A stretch of DNA of 64,000 bases from a virus. Its lineage: Duplodnaviria > Caudoviricetes. The stretch's first letter is position 1. Each line of letters starts with the position of its first letter. A program made the position numbers and the translations under genes. This document shows positions 10,972-21,358 of this stretch, one piece after another. The stretch is from positions 32,001 through 96,000 of the IMG/VR virus record IMGVR_UViG_3300010998_000021; one strand, written 5' to 3'. Under the pieces are notes generated by a model. It made no database searches. It had not been told where the DNA came from and saw only the letters and a program-made list of their open reading frames with translations.

Positions 10972-12030
10972 TTAATCAAGTTCGGTTAATGATGCCTGTT
11001 TCACATCCTTAATCCCGTCTGCTCCGAAATACTTGTCGAGTTTCTTATCAGTAGAACTATCGACATATACACTAACCATTTCGCTTGACTCCCAACCTAT
11101 GATGTCTTGAATAACGGTTTCAGGTAAGTTATACTCGGCTAACCTTGTGGTAAAGAAATGACGTAAACTATGCCAATAAAAAGGTTTGTTCATCATTTTT
11201 GTGAATTTTTGCGCCCAATAATCTATCGTTTCAATCTTAATAGGCTTATTAACATATTTTCCGTTTTCTAATCTTGGAAATAAATAATCACTTCTTATCT
11301 TTAATCGTTCACGTTCAGCTAACCATAAATCAAGATATGGTTGAAAAGGTTTCGCAAGGGTGTATACGTCAAGAAGTTTACCGCGAGTGCCACGACCTTT
11401 AGTTACCATTTTCTCAGGTGTTTTATATAAAGCACCCTCACATATTAAATTTTTCTTACTGAAATAACTAACTTTGAATCTTGGGATTTCCGCTTTACGT
11501 CTGCCGTTATTCATAACCAATGAGATCATACATGCTTTCATGTATTCGCCATCAAATACAAGTTGGTCAAGCAGTTTTTGAAGTTCGGTTAATGTGAATA
11601 CAGATTTTTCTCTTACTGCCGTGTTAGCAGGAGATTGAATTTTGTTTACGATTGGTTTGTATCCCTCGTATTCATCGTCTAAAATATCTTCTATATAGTT
11701 GCTAAGTGACGAGATGGTTGCTTTAAAAGTTCTCACACGTTTCGGAGACCATCCCCACTCGTTAATTGCATGATTTTGAAATTTGCTAAATTCCCTCTTC
11801 TTCAAATCGACAAAGAATTTATTTTTGTTATAATCTAAATTCCACACCCAAAATATATGTAAATTATGTTCATACTGATATATAGTTGTTTTGGCTCTGT
11901 CAATAGAAGCAAGATATTCCAAATAATCTTTTTCTAATTCTAAATTGTCTGGATTGACTTGTGACAGTTTTTCGGGAGAAGTAATGTCGTTGTAAACTGT
12001 ACTTCTTCCTTTGCCTTTTTTTACCGACAT
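10972..12030 (-). CDS. Tyrosine recombinase embedded in the tail module
   Basis: Catalytic residues RRKAE, K, HSLRH, GW and Y. Confidence 0.88.
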   Translation of the reverse strand: MSVKKGKGRSTVYNDITSPEKLSQVNPDNLELEKDYLEYLASIDRAKTTIYQYEHNLHIFWVWNLDYNKNKFFVDLKKREFSKFQNHAINEWGWSPKRVRTFKATISSLSNYIEDILDDEYEGYKPIVNKIQSPANTAVREKSVFTLTELQKLLDQLVFDGEYMKACMISLVMNNGRRKAEIPRFKVSYFSKKNLICEGALYKTPEKMVTKGRGTRGKLLDVYTLAKPFQPYLDLWLAERERLKIRSDYLFPRLENGKYVNKPIKIETIDYWAQKFTKMMNKPFYWHSLRHFFTTRLAEYNLPETVIQDIIGWESSEMVSVYVDSSTDKKLDKYFGADGIKDVKQASLTELD

Positions 12031-12041
12031 TATTTACCTCC

Positions 12042-12464
12042 TTAATGAAAATAGCTTGCAAGGATACTCTGTGCATCATGTATTGTTTTTTGGTTTGCTC
12101 TATTCCAAAACCCCGGTCTTCCTTTGACATGTGCGAAATGGTACTCGGCAGCGTTCAATGCTTGTAATCCACTAAAATAACTTGCAAATCCTCTTGATGT
12201 AAATGCCGGATTTGGAACGGCATAGCTTGGAATTTGTAAATACATTTTAACAGAATAAGAATTTCCACCACCTTGTACTCCAGATGTCCTTGGTGAACTT
12301 CCGAGTTGACCTGTACGTGAATATATTGTTGGACTTCCACCAGAATAGAATCCTTGCGTTTCTTGTTGCATGTTAGACATTGCTTTTGCGTTTATTTGAC
12401 TCATAGCAGATTGCATTCGCTGTCTTATCTGTTCTAAAGCAGCGTCAAGTCCTCCACCAGCCAT
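12042..12464 (-). CDS. Putative tail completion protein
   Basis: Y.RTG.L and RPGFW motifs resemble HK97 gp10-like proteins; position in the tail module. Confidence 0.5.
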   Translation of the reverse strand: MAGGGLDAALEQIRQRMQSAMSQINAKAMSNMQQETQGFYSGGSPTIYSRTGQLGSSPRTSGVQGGGNSYSVKMYLQIPSYAVPNPAFTSRGFASYFSGLQALNAAEYHFAHVKGRPGFWNRANQKTIHDAQSILASYFH

Positions 12465-12480
12465 AAGATCACCTCACGAA

Positions 12481-13059
12481 TTATGTCTGGGGTGGAAGTG
12501 CAATAGTAGCATTTCCCTCATTTAATAAAGCAGTATTAGCTTTAAATCTATCAGAATTACCATATGCTTCTACAATAGCTTCTTCTGACAATTTACCATC
12601 TTTAATCTGCTGTGCAATTTCCGCAAACTTCCTAATATCACTTTCAGAGAAAGTTTCTCTAAAGGATTTCAATACAGCATCAATGGACGCACTAATAGCG
12701 GTTGCATAAGAATTGGCATCATTCTTTTTAAATTCAACAATGTCCATAGCTTTATTATATGCGTTCCCAAATGTTAAACTTGGAACAATATTATTAACAC
12801 AACCAACTTCATCCATAAAATGATTCATAAAATCTTCATTGTCATATAGATGTTGCACTTCTAAAATATTGTCAATAGGATGCGTTTTGATCGTATCTGA
12901 ATCTTCAAGTTCAACGCAGTTGTTAAAATATGCGCATAATGCAAACGCCTCACCAAATTGAGGTGCATATTCAAAAGTATCTTTATCGAAGTATTCATCT
13001 ACAATATCGTGAATAACTTGAAAATAATCGTTCAGATTTAACTTATTATTATATTTCAT
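12481..13059 (-). CDS. Hypothetical protein, possible tail assembly chaperone
   Basis: Acidic 192-aa ORF upstream of the TMP. Confidence 0.45.
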   Translation of the reverse strand: MKYNNKLNLNDYFQVIHDIVDEYFDKDTFEYAPQFGEAFALCAYFNNCVELEDSDTIKTHPIDNILEVQHLYDNEDFMNHFMDEVGCVNNIVPSLTFGNAYNKAMDIVEFKKNDANSYATAISASIDAVLKSFRETFSESDIRKFAEIAQQIKDGKLSEEAIVEAYGNSDRFKANTALLNEGNATIALPPQT

Positions 13060-13065
13060 TCTGAT

Positions 13066-13599
13066 TTACCCCTTTATATCGTTATGTAAAGCTGTCTGCT
13101 CTAAAAAAGAATTTATGTCATAACGATAATGTGTTTTTAATAATGTTTGACTAATAGTAATGTAATTAACATCGTAAATAGACAGGTCTTTAAAATTAAA
13201 ACTTTTCTTCGGTATCACGTTTTGTAATTTCAAAAACTCTTTAATAGGAAGGAATATGGTTGTTTCAAGTTCACGGAACTCAATTACAAATCCACACACA
13301 CATTCTCCGATTTTTTCAAAATTATCTAAACCTGTAATTTGATGATAATGGATTTCACCGTTCTCATCTTTTGTGCGCTCAAAAGATATAGATTTACCTT
13401 TTACTGTTTTTAATTCAAGCGCATAGAGTGTTAGTGTTTTAGGATTCCATAACAAAAAGTCGTATGGATTTTTATTACTAAATCTTAAATTTGAACTTCT
13501 AAAAAATGACTGCGCTGCATCTGGTAAACGAATTACACCTAAATAATCAGGTGCGCTTTTCGTAAAATCACGTTCAAATTGTTTGCCGACACTTGCCAT
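13066..13599 (-). CDS. recU: RecU-like Holliday junction resolvase
   Basis: GKQFE, PYDF, ALELKT and IHYHQI motifs of the RecU nuclease family. Confidence 0.75.
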   Translation of the reverse strand: MASVGKQFERDFTKSAPDYLGVIRLPDAAQSFFRSSNLRFSNKNPYDFLLWNPKTLTLYALELKTVKGKSISFERTKDENGEIHYHQITGLDNFEKIGECVCGFVIEFRELETTIFLPIKEFLKLQNVIPKKSFNFKDLSIYDVNYITISQTLLKTHYRYDINSFLEQTALHNDIKG

Positions 13600-13601
13600 A
13601 T

Positions 13602-13838
13602 TTATTTGTTATGCGGATAAGTGTTGAGCCATTTTTGGTATATGTACGCAGTTTCATTTTTTAAAAACCAAAATGTGATTTTGTTCGGGCATCTTTCTTT
13701 CTCCCAAACAAATCTCGGCTGGCAACCATGTTTAATATAAAATATTGCTTGTTTTAGATTGTCGATTGGAATTAGGTTTTCTCGTCCATAACAATCAATA
13801 GCTTCTTCTAAAGATTCAAAATTTATTGTTGTTCGCAT
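13602..13838 (-). CDS. Small conserved phage protein (DUF5659-like)
   Basis: GAGGT RBS; QAIFYIKHG..P..FWF..YQKW pattern. Confidence 0.55.
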   Translation of the reverse strand: MRTTINFESLEEAIDCYGRENLIPIDNLKQAIFYIKHGCQPRFVWEKERCPNKITFWFLKNETAYIYQKWLNTYPHNK

Positions 13839-13860
13839 TCGTTTTCTTACCTCTACTCTA

Positions 13861-13905
13861 AAAAAAGAAAAGGGTAACACGATGCGATTGCAAAGTATTA
13901 CCCTT
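13861..13905 (-). terminator. Intrinsic terminator
   Basis: AAGGGTAATAC..GTGTTACCCTT hairpin followed by a T tract. Confidence 0.6.
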
Positions 13906-13927
13906 TATTTAAACTACAATACAATCC

Positions 13928-14188
13928 TTACTCGACAATAGTTTCATGCTTCTTCTTGATTGTTTTCTTATTTTTATCATTATTGTTTTGTTCTGTATAT
14001 ACAGATTCTTTGACATCAGAATTTATTTCTTCTTTATCATCTGTGATAGAGTATTTACCATTCTCAAATTTGACATTCAAAAATTTAATATTCTCCTGAC
14101 CAACAGAAGGAAACTGAATGTCAATGCCATTAAATCTGACAACAGTAACAGCATCGTTATTTTCAATGACTGGACATTCTTTAATCAT
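13928..14188 (-). CDS. Hypothetical protein
   Basis: 86-aa ORF with an AAGGAG RBS, overlapping the upstream stop. Confidence 0.6.
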   Translation of the reverse strand: MIKECPVIENNDAVTVVRFNGIDIQFPSVGQENIKFLNVKFENGKYSITDDKEEINSDVKESVYTEQNNNDKNKKTIKKKHETIVE

Positions 14189-15426
14189 GCTACATTCTCC
14201 TTGATATTGAAAAAATCACCATGACATTTCTCTGGCGATTTGCGTTTCTCTTCGTTAAATTTTTCAAATGTTATATATTCAAATTCATAACCACGATATT
14301 TATGATTTTTAGAAATCCCAACTCTTAAATTTTTCAATGTGCAAATATTTTTATCTAAGAATAAATGATTGAATACGTCATTTGATTTATGATAATAATT
14401 ATCGTTTGTTTTGCAATAAATTGGTCTATCTTGAGTAAAATCATATTTACACCAACCGAATTTCATTCCTTGCTTAACAGCTCTCTTTATAACATCATCA
14501 TAAACTTTAAAATGCTTTGCAATTTGTTTCTCTGTTAATAATGGATTATCATCATGATATTTTGCTACTTGATAATAAAAATTAGATGTAGCAAATTCAT
14601 CACATTTCCCCCAATCAATATCAAATTCATTAATACCCACATCCGATAGTAGTCTTGACGAGATTATTGAATTTTTAATATAATCACAATCTGATATTGA
14701 ACAATCAATTTGATAGTAATGGTTTATGCCATTTTCAATTGCAAGAGTTTGTTTCGTATAATCATTTTTAATATTTTCTTCGAGAGTGGTTCTGAATGTT
14801 TCTTTCCCTTTATAATGTTGCGAACCATGCATTTCAATTATGAAAGTTTCTTCATTATAAACAAAATAATAATCATATCGTTTATAACCACTCCATTCAA
14901 ATTTCATTTCTGGATTAAAATCAATATTTAATTGAGATAATAATTCGAACATGAATTTATTCGGATAACTTTGGTTGTCATTACATATACATGCTATTGA
15001 ATGATGCGAAGCGATTTGCATAGGTGATTTCATTTGAATGTTTTTACAATAAGGACATTGTATCAGTGTCTTTTCTTTGCAATACTTCGTGTGGGTATAA
15101 ACATATTCTTTGTCAATTATATATTTGACCATCCAAGGGGCAGTAGTAGAAATATCATTAAAACCCCTCAAAACTTTTTTTGCTCCAGAACAACATACAT
15201 TACATCCAGAGGGATTCTTTTTAGATGAAAGTTTACTTTCTTCAATCCAATCTTCATTATTACAATTCAAACAACAATATTTATACCATTTTTTAACGCT
15301 TTTTGTAGCGGTTTGACTCTTAGACCTGTTTACATTATTTGACCTTTGTTCTCTGCCTATAATGATAATATTTCTATTATGCGTATTTATTATATCACCA
15401 ATACTGTATTTAAAATCGCCCATCAT
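14185..15426 (-). CDS. Free-standing Zn-ribbon + Vsr-like endonuclease
   Basis: GCNVC..GFNDI, SYPN, YDYY..IIEMHGSQHY. Confidence 0.75.
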   Translation of the reverse strand: MMGDFKYSIGDIINTHNRNIIIIGREQRSNNVNRSKSQTATKSVKKWYKYCCLNCNNEDWIEESKLSSKKNPSGCNVCCSGAKKVLRGFNDISTTAPWMVKYIIDKEYVYTHTKYCKEKTLIQCPYCKNIQMKSPMQIASHHSIACICNDNQSYPNKFMFELLSQLNIDFNPEMKFEWSGYKRYDYYFVYNEETFIIEMHGSQHYKGKETFRTTLEENIKNDYTKQTLAIENGINHYYQIDCSISDCDYIKNSIISSRLLSDVGINEFDIDWGKCDEFATSNFYYQVAKYHDDNPLLTEKQIAKHFKVYDDVIKRAVKQGMKFGWCKYDFTQDRPIYCKTNDNYYHKSNDVFNHLFLDKNICTLKNLRVGISKNHKYRGYEFEYITFEKFNEEKRKSPEKCHGDFFNIKENVA

Positions 15427-15506
15427 AAAACTACCCCGAATTATCTTGTATTATTTATATAATATCAAATCGAAGAATATATAACAAGTATTATCGTGTA
15501 TAATTT

Positions 15507-15538
15507 AAAAATATAGGGCGAGTTTTCACTCGCCCATA
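15507..15538 (-). terminator. Intrinsic terminator after the major tail gene
   Basis: GGGCGAGT-GAAA-ACTCGCCC followed by a T-rich tract. Confidence 0.75.
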
Positions 15539-15544
15539 CAAATA

Positions 15545-15612
15545 TTACTCTACGTCAGTTGTGTCCTCGATCATATCAAGAACATTACCATTTTTATCTT
15601 CAAGTAAATCAA
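15545..15612 (-). CDS. Major tail protein, exon 2
   Basis: (F)DLLEDKNGNVLDMIEDTTDVE*, in frame after splicing. Confidence 0.85.
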
Positions 15613-15983
15613 CCATTGTGTTAAGGAATATTCGCTATATATTCCCAAGCGTATAATACGCTTCTCGTACTTTCATACGAAGTGCAGACTATATCTTCAT
15701 CCTTGCGGATGCCTACCACTTCCACCATCAATAGCTTATGGTGTACTCCTTACGGATAGTCGTTGAACTTTACTCTATTCGAGTCTTAGCTGCTGGTTGC
15801 CCATTATTCCAATACTTAGGATTTAACCTTATATCATCTATATATTTCTTTCAGCTTTCGCAACATTCACGCTTAGACTTATTTCATTCTTACGTTGTAG
15901 TATATATAGCTTTAGGGTTTTTCAGCAATTCAATAGGTTATCTTATCACGCACATTTCTGTACGCGCACACTATCATTATTTA
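15613..15983 (-). mobile_element. ORF-less group I intron (371 nt) in the major tail gene
   Basis: P1 CACAU/GUGUG with U.G pair, P GAATTGCTG, Q AACCAGCAGC, R CAACGACTA, S AAGATATAGTC, terminal G at 15613. Confidence 0.92.
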
Positions 15984-16650
15984 ATGTGATTGTCACAGAA
16001 GCAGGATCGCCTTCAGAAGAGAAGGAAAGCTCGAAATTTCTCTGAATAGACGCTTTGTAAGCAGTCATAATGAAAGGTGTAAGGGAATCATCCTCACCCT
16101 TATCCAGAGTAGACATTGTAATGTAATAATCCTTCGGAACTTTCTTATTATTGAAGGAAACCTTCTTAACATTCTCAGTTCTCTCTACGATGTAACCAAC
16201 TTCATACTCGGTATCGACCGCAATATCATTGTTGGTAGTAGCAGTGAACTTGTTAGAAGCATAAGTTCCTGCAATCTGTGTATTGCCAAACTCGCCAGAA
16301 GCATACACGAACACTGTACCTGCCTTTGCGCCAATAATATCAAGTTCGCCAGCAGTAGTACATTTAATAGTTTTCTTCACGGCATAAGCAGCGGTATTAT
16401 CAATAGTACCATCAGAGAACAGCGCATAAGCCTTGAATGGCATAACCTGTGCTTCGATAGTCATAGTACCCTCAATTGGGTTATGGAACGCGATTGCACG
16501 CACACCTTTCTTCATAGCATATACACTATCGCCAGAAAGACCAGCAGTAGTGGTATTAGCTGTGTCGAAGAATAAAAACGGAGCCATCGTTTTCAGTACA
16601 CGAATATCTACATCAGCGCACTGTCTATTAGCTTTATTAATATCAGGCAT
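15984..16650 (-). CDS. Major tail (tube) protein, exon 1; spliced product 244 aa
   Basis: Strong RBS, highly-expressed codon bias, LSFSSEGDPASVTIT(F)D motif; position. Confidence 0.8.
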
Positions 16651-16672
16651 AATAAATTCCTCCTTAAAGACA

Positions 16673-17500
16673 TTAAATGTCTATTTTATCATTTTGTTTA
16701 TTGAATAAATTTTTATACCAAAGCGAGGGATCAAATTTATTATCTTCATCGCCCCAAACCGCCACACGTACAGTATTTAAATAATGTACATCATCGTTTT
16801 GTGCTTTACCGAATTGGTCATATAATTGAAATAGCGTGGCATCCCAAATATTGACAATATTCAATCCTGCGCTTTTCATCGCAGTGGAAGAAATAATGTT
16901 AGGCAAAGTTAAATTTATATAATCTTTTAAAGCCTTTTCTTTTTTTTGTTTTTCTCTCGCCTTTAGCATCCTCTCATATAACCTTTTAGCCTTTGCGTTT
17001 TTGAATTTTGGCATTGGTTCGTCTAACGGATCATCGCTCTTTATACAAAGAATTTGCTGAATAATATCTATTACATCTGCAAATGTTTTCGGACTAATTC
17101 TTCCGACCATAATATTATCTATTTCAATTTCATATGGTGGTGTTTCATAATCATCTGTATCTAAAATAAAAAAAAGATTATCTTTAAAGATAACCCTCTC
17201 CATAAAAAAGAAATTAAATATTTCCAAATATGTATTTGCAATAGATTCTTCTAAAAGAATAATGTCATAAATAGAAATATCACTTTTTTGTTCATCTGAA
17301 AGCATATTCCAATATTCAGCACCTTTGTCACCACATAGAAGAGTATAATAATCTTTTGGTGTTAGTTTTAAATATACTTGATACATACCGAATTTAGGAT
17401 ATGTTAGTTTACCTATGTCACGCAAAGTAGGTTGTCTTAATGTTCCGATTGACAACGAAATCGGTTCTGGACATAACAATGTAAAATAATCTAATTTCAT
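16673..17500 (-). CDS. Virion morphogenesis protein (unknown)
   Basis: 275-aa ORF between the neck and tail tube genes. Confidence 0.6.
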   Translation of the reverse strand: MKLDYFTLLCPEPISLSIGTLRQPTLRDIGKLTYPKFGMYQVYLKLTPKDYYTLLCGDKGAEYWNMLSDEQKSDISIYDIILLEESIANTYLEIFNFFFMERVIFKDNLFFILDTDDYETPPYEIEIDNIMVGRISPKTFADVIDIIQQILCIKSDDPLDEPMPKFKNAKAKRLYERMLKAREKQKKEKALKDYINLTLPNIISSTAMKSAGLNIVNIWDATLFQLYDQFGKAQNDDVHYLNTVRVAVWGDEDNKFDPSLWYKNLFNKQNDKIDI

Positions 17501-17979
17501 CTAAAATTACGTACACTGAATGACATAATGCATCCATAAAATGTAACCGAGTTATAGATATCTACGTTGTCTAATGATAAATCACCTATACCGAACTTTT
17601 TTACAATACTATCGTCTAACAAAGTTTCTTCTATCATTTCTGAAAGAATATCGGCGCGATTGCCATAATAACCTTCTTTCACATAATCCTCTAAAATATC
17701 ACGATGACAAATAGCATATATCAAAACTTGAATTATTTTTGTCTGAGGTCGCAATTCAGGCATTATCACATCAAAAAAGATATATGTCGTAGTGTCTTTA
17801 ATCGTTTCATCTATAAATAAATGAGAATTAACATGTTTTTGAAACTTTGATAATAATTCTTTCGGAGTTAATTCGCTCGTATCGCCTAAAATAATTTCTT
17901 TAATATTATTAGATTGCAATAATGCATTTGATATACGAGTTTTGTAAATACCTCTTTCTTTAGTAGTTGATTCTCTCAT
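17497..17979 (-). CDS. Putative tail terminator/neck protein
   Basis: 160 aa with an RxDIL motif; position. Confidence 0.5.
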   Translation of the reverse strand: MRESTTKERGIYKTRISNALLQSNNIKEIILGDTSELTPKELLSKFQKHVNSHLFIDETIKDTTTYIFFDVIMPELRPQTKIIQVLIYAICHRDILEDYVKEGYYGNRADILSEMIEETLLDDSIVKKFGIGDLSLDNVDIYNSVTFYGCIMSFSVRNFR

Positions 17980-17989
17980 TTATCTCTCC

Positions 17990-19090
17990 TTAAATTAGTC
18001 CAACGATTTGAATTTTTATTTTTGTTCTTTCATCGCCATTTAATAATAACTCAAACGATTTATTAAGCAGAGAATAGTCATTAACTGAAATCAATATTGT
18101 GTTATTGATATAATCAACTTGCAATCTATCTTCAAACTCACAAATGATAGTCCACTCAGCATCACCATCTATGATATTCCCTTCTTCATTGTAAAATACC
18201 GCTGTAAATTCTGCTGCGCCAAGACCAACAAATATTTTTGTTTCATCATAAACTATTTCACTTGTAGAAATAGTTGGCTCTTGTTGTCCTTCATTCCCTT
18301 GTACTGGAATATCGTTTATATTTTCTCCGTGTTCAGATTCAAGACATAACCAATATCCCTTATCACCTATTCGATAGAAACCATCACCGTTATGTTGTTC
18401 ATCTTGTGTAACAAGAATTTCATAATGACCACTATCTATATAATTGTATAAAACACTATCATTTCTTGTGAGTTGATATGTAATAACTTTATTTGAAGTA
18501 ACTGAATCTACGTCATCTCCTATGTTTCTTTCATATACTTGGATACGTTTATCAATGATAAATCTTTGTCCTGAGTCAAGTAATAAGCATTCATCATCAT
18601 CTGGCATACATATTAAAAGTTGATCTGTTCTTATAACATAATATCTATTATCTCTTTGACCGTTGTTGTACTGTGAAGCCGATTCAATATTCGCCCATCT
18701 TTCAATTACTTTTCCTTCTTTATTAACCCAAGACATAATCCAGTTGCATAAACGCAACACGGCTTTTTCGTACATGCCATTATCATCTACTAAACCGACA
18801 ATTAGCCAATAGCGATTTTTATATTTAATATAATTTCCTGCTTTACAAGAACCTATTGGAACTAACAGATGTCTTGTAAATGCTTTCAGCTTTGTATCTT
18901 GTACTGAGTTTTGTATTATTGCTTTAATAGGAGAGCAGATTGATAAATCTGCGTTACAATATTCAACATCTATCGCAAGAGGACTTTCAAGTGCTTCTGA
19001 GAAAGCGTCTTGCGAAAAATCCATAACTTCATCTTCAAATCCGCTTGTTTGTGAATATGGCGGTTTTAATAAATACCATTCTATTGCCAT
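17990..19090 (-). CDS. Putative head-closure/neck protein
   Basis: G.YI.Y..RYWLI..CNW motif; position. Confidence 0.55.
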   Translation of the reverse strand: MAIEWYLLKPPYSQTSGFEDEVMDFSQDAFSEALESPLAIDVEYCNADLSICSPIKAIIQNSVQDTKLKAFTRHLLVPIGSCKAGNYIKYKNRYWLIVGLVDDNGMYEKAVLRLCNWIMSWVNKEGKVIERWANIESASQYNNGQRDNRYYVIRTDQLLICMPDDDECLLLDSGQRFIIDKRIQVYERNIGDDVDSVTSNKVITYQLTRNDSVLYNYIDSGHYEILVTQDEQHNGDGFYRIGDKGYWLCLESEHGENINDIPVQGNEGQQEPTISTSEIVYDETKIFVGLGAAEFTAVFYNEEGNIIDGDAEWTIICEFEDRLQVDYINNTILISVNDYSLLNKSFELLLNGDERTKIKIQIVGLI

Positions 19091-19102
19091 AAAATCACCA
19101 CC

Positions 19103-19504
19103 TTAATTATATGCAGTAGGTTTTTGCATTTGAACCATGTATGCAGATTTTGAAGAATCGTATTCCATTTCGTTTCTCGCGGCGGTTTTTGAATGACCAC
19201 CACCATCAATAGACAAATCTTTCCCAACTATGGAAACACGTTTATTGACTTTTGAAACTTCTCTTTCTTGGTACATTTGTTTCATAAAAGCAGCAAGCGT
19301 ATCAATAACATATTGACTAATGACTGTATCAAAAGACATTTCTTCCTCGTTAAATTCAAGTGTTTCAAGTTCAGTGGAATAACGAGCAACTGCCTTTTTC
19401 AGCCATACTAATTTGAGTCCATCTGGAATTATTTCTTTATCGCGAAATGAACTATCAAAACTATCGAATACCTCATTGGCGGTTGTTCCTTCCATTTGAA
19501 TCAC
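19103..19504 (-). CDS. Putative head-tail adaptor
   Basis: Helical 133-aa ORF downstream of the capsid gene. Confidence 0.5.
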   Translation of the reverse strand: MIQMEGTTANEVFDSFDSSFRDKEIIPDGLKLVWLKKAVARYSTELETLEFNEEEMSFDTVISQYVIDTLAAFMKQMYQEREVSKVNKRVSIVGKDLSIDGGGHSKTAARNEMEYDSSKSAYMVQMQKPTAYN

Positions 19505-19512
19505 CTCATTAT

Positions 19513-20082
19513 TTAACGAATATTCTTTTCGTCTTGTTCTACTTTATCCATTTTATATCCAGTGTAAGTTTCGCAGAAACGGATTTTACTGAAATCATTT
19601 AAGTTCTGTTTAATGATTGAAACCATAAGTGCATATTTCTCTGCACGAGTAACAATTTTCTTTTTTAGTTCATCTTCAAATTCGCCTTGATTTCTAATCT
19701 CGAATAACGTTTTTACAAGACCGTCACTAAACTGATTATCAGAATTAAATCCAACTTCTTTTAATGTTGGCTTATCTTCAATAATCAATGTTGCATGACC
19801 GCCATATCCGTCAATTCCATTAAACAGGTTATTGTTATTATGAATCTGCGAAATGATTTCATTTCTCGACATTCTAATAGAACCCCTACTCGGAATGGTT
19901 ACATCTCCGACAGTAAGCATTCTCGCAAACCCTGTAGTCCATCCTGCAATACTTTTAACCGTCACTTGCTGTTCCAAATTTAATGGCTGTTCAACTTCTT
20001 GCGCCACTACAGTTTCAACTTCTTTTGGCGTTTCATTTAAGTTCTCTTCAGAGACTTTCTTCGCCGTTGTAGTTCTTCCCAT
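19513..20082 (-). CDS. Hypothetical head-module protein
   Basis: 189-aa ORF with a GAGGT RBS. Confidence 0.6.
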   Translation of the reverse strand: MGRTTTAKKVSEENLNETPKEVETVVAQEVEQPLNLEQQVTVKSIAGWTTGFARMLTVGDVTIPSRGSIRMSRNEIISQIHNNNNLFNGIDGYGGHATLIIEDKPTLKEVGFNSDNQFSDGLVKTLFEIRNQGEFEDELKKKIVTRAEKYALMVSIIKQNLNDFSKIRFCETYTGYKMDKVEQDEKNIR

Positions 20083-20119
20083 ACTTAATACCTCATTTCA
20101 ACTATTTTTCTGTTTTCAA

Positions 20120-20305
20120 CTAAAATTTATGTTTAGCTTCATTATAAGATTTGATTAGTGCATCCAACTTATCTGATTTCTTGAAAACCCAATAGCGATT
20201 TCCTGATGATGCATTAACTTTTGAAGCATAGCACTTTTCATTAAACGCGCACAAATAATGGAATAGTCTTAAAGAATAACAATAAAAGTTTTCATTGTTT
20301 TCCAT
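20120..20305 (-). CDS. Small conserved phage protein (DUF5659-like)
   Basis: FYCYS.RL..YL...YWVF.KS..L pattern. Confidence 0.65.
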   Translation of the reverse strand: MENNENFYCYSLRLFHYLCAFNEKCYASKVNASSGNRYWVFKKSDKLDALIKSYNEAKHKF

Positions 20306-20322
20306 ATTTGCACCTCTTATAT

Positions 20323-21264
20323 TTATGCCGCGAGATTGTCTTTAAGAATCTGTTCTATGTTATTAAAATCTTTATACCAAATTTCAAGCAACTGGATTTT
20401 GTTATCATTTGCATATTTACGTTTACGCCTATCATGTTCTTTCTGATATTCAAGCTGTTCGTATGATTGAGAATTAGCTGTGCCATCATGAAATTCGCCC
20501 TGATATTCAATAAGTATATTGTTATCTGGTAGATAGAAGTCATATGATAATAATCCACCACCAATACCTTTTAAATCAGAAAATGATTTTTGCCATTCGA
20601 AATTAACATCGTTATTTTCAAGAAATGTTAGAATTTTCAATTCGCCTTTTGATGTATTGCATATAGGACAGCCAGATGGACTTCTTTTCCCTATAAGATT
20701 ATGTGCTTTAGTTTGCCAAACGTGTCCACATACTTTACATCTACATGTTATTGGTTCATCATCTTTTGTATATCTGCTTATAATATCTATTGTTCTATGA
20801 TTCAAGTTACGTTCATTAAACTCGCTAATGAATTGTTCGTGAGATTTAATTCGATAATTTTGAACATATTTCATTGCACAATTTTTACATCCATAACCTC
20901 GAATTAACGAATAAGGCATCGAATCCCATTCATTTCCACATTTTTTACATTTGCATTTAATTTTCGTATGAGAAGTTTTGTATTCACCAACAATTTCTGT
21001 ATTTGGATTTATACCTTCAACTTCCTTTATAAATTCATCGTTTGTTTTTCTAACACATTCAGAAACATAATCAATAGCACAATATTTGCATCCGTGTTCT
21101 GATTTAAGAATAGACATAGGCATTATTTCAAAATCATAGTCATGTATGTTGCAATGAAACATTATTGGCATTCTCATTTTTCTATAACGACCGATTACGT
21201 CTATATGTGGATGTTTCTTTTTAACATCATTAACAAAATCTTCATGTGTAATTACTTTAGACAT
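20323..21264 (-). CDS. Free-standing Zn-ribbon repeat + Vsr-like endonuclease
   Basis: KT.EEF..CxxC..GCPxC repeats, SKGE, YDFYLP..IEYQGEFH. Confidence 0.82.
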   Translation of the reverse strand: MSKVITHEDFVNDVKKKHPHIDVIGRYRKMRMPIMFHCNIHDYDFEIMPMSILKSEHGCKYCAIDYVSECVRKTNDEFIKEVEGINPNTEIVGEYKTSHTKIKCKCKKCGNEWDSMPYSLIRGYGCKNCAMKYVQNYRIKSHEQFISEFNERNLNHRTIDIISRYTKDDEPITCRCKVCGHVWQTKAHNLIGKRSPSGCPICNTSKGELKILTFLENNDVNFEWQKSFSDLKGIGGGLLSYDFYLPDNNILIEYQGEFHDGTANSQSYEQLEYQKEHDRRKRKYANDNKIQLLEIWYKDFNNIEQILKDNLAA

Positions 21265-21284
21265 TTATACTCACCATCCAATAT

Positions 21285-21313
21285 AAAAGAGGACTGCCTA
21301 AACAGTCCTCTTT
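21285..21313 (-). terminator. Intrinsic terminator after the capsid gene
   Basis: AAAGAGGACTG..CAGTCCTCTTTT. Confidence 0.75.
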
Positions 21314-21358
21314 AGTGATTCAAGTGGCGAGTAATTATCTCGCAAACTTGTTATTTAA

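Noticed and set aside
10972-12030. Prophage boundary at the recombinase
   Set aside because: Phage tail genes lie on both sides; no host genes or att repeats were seen.
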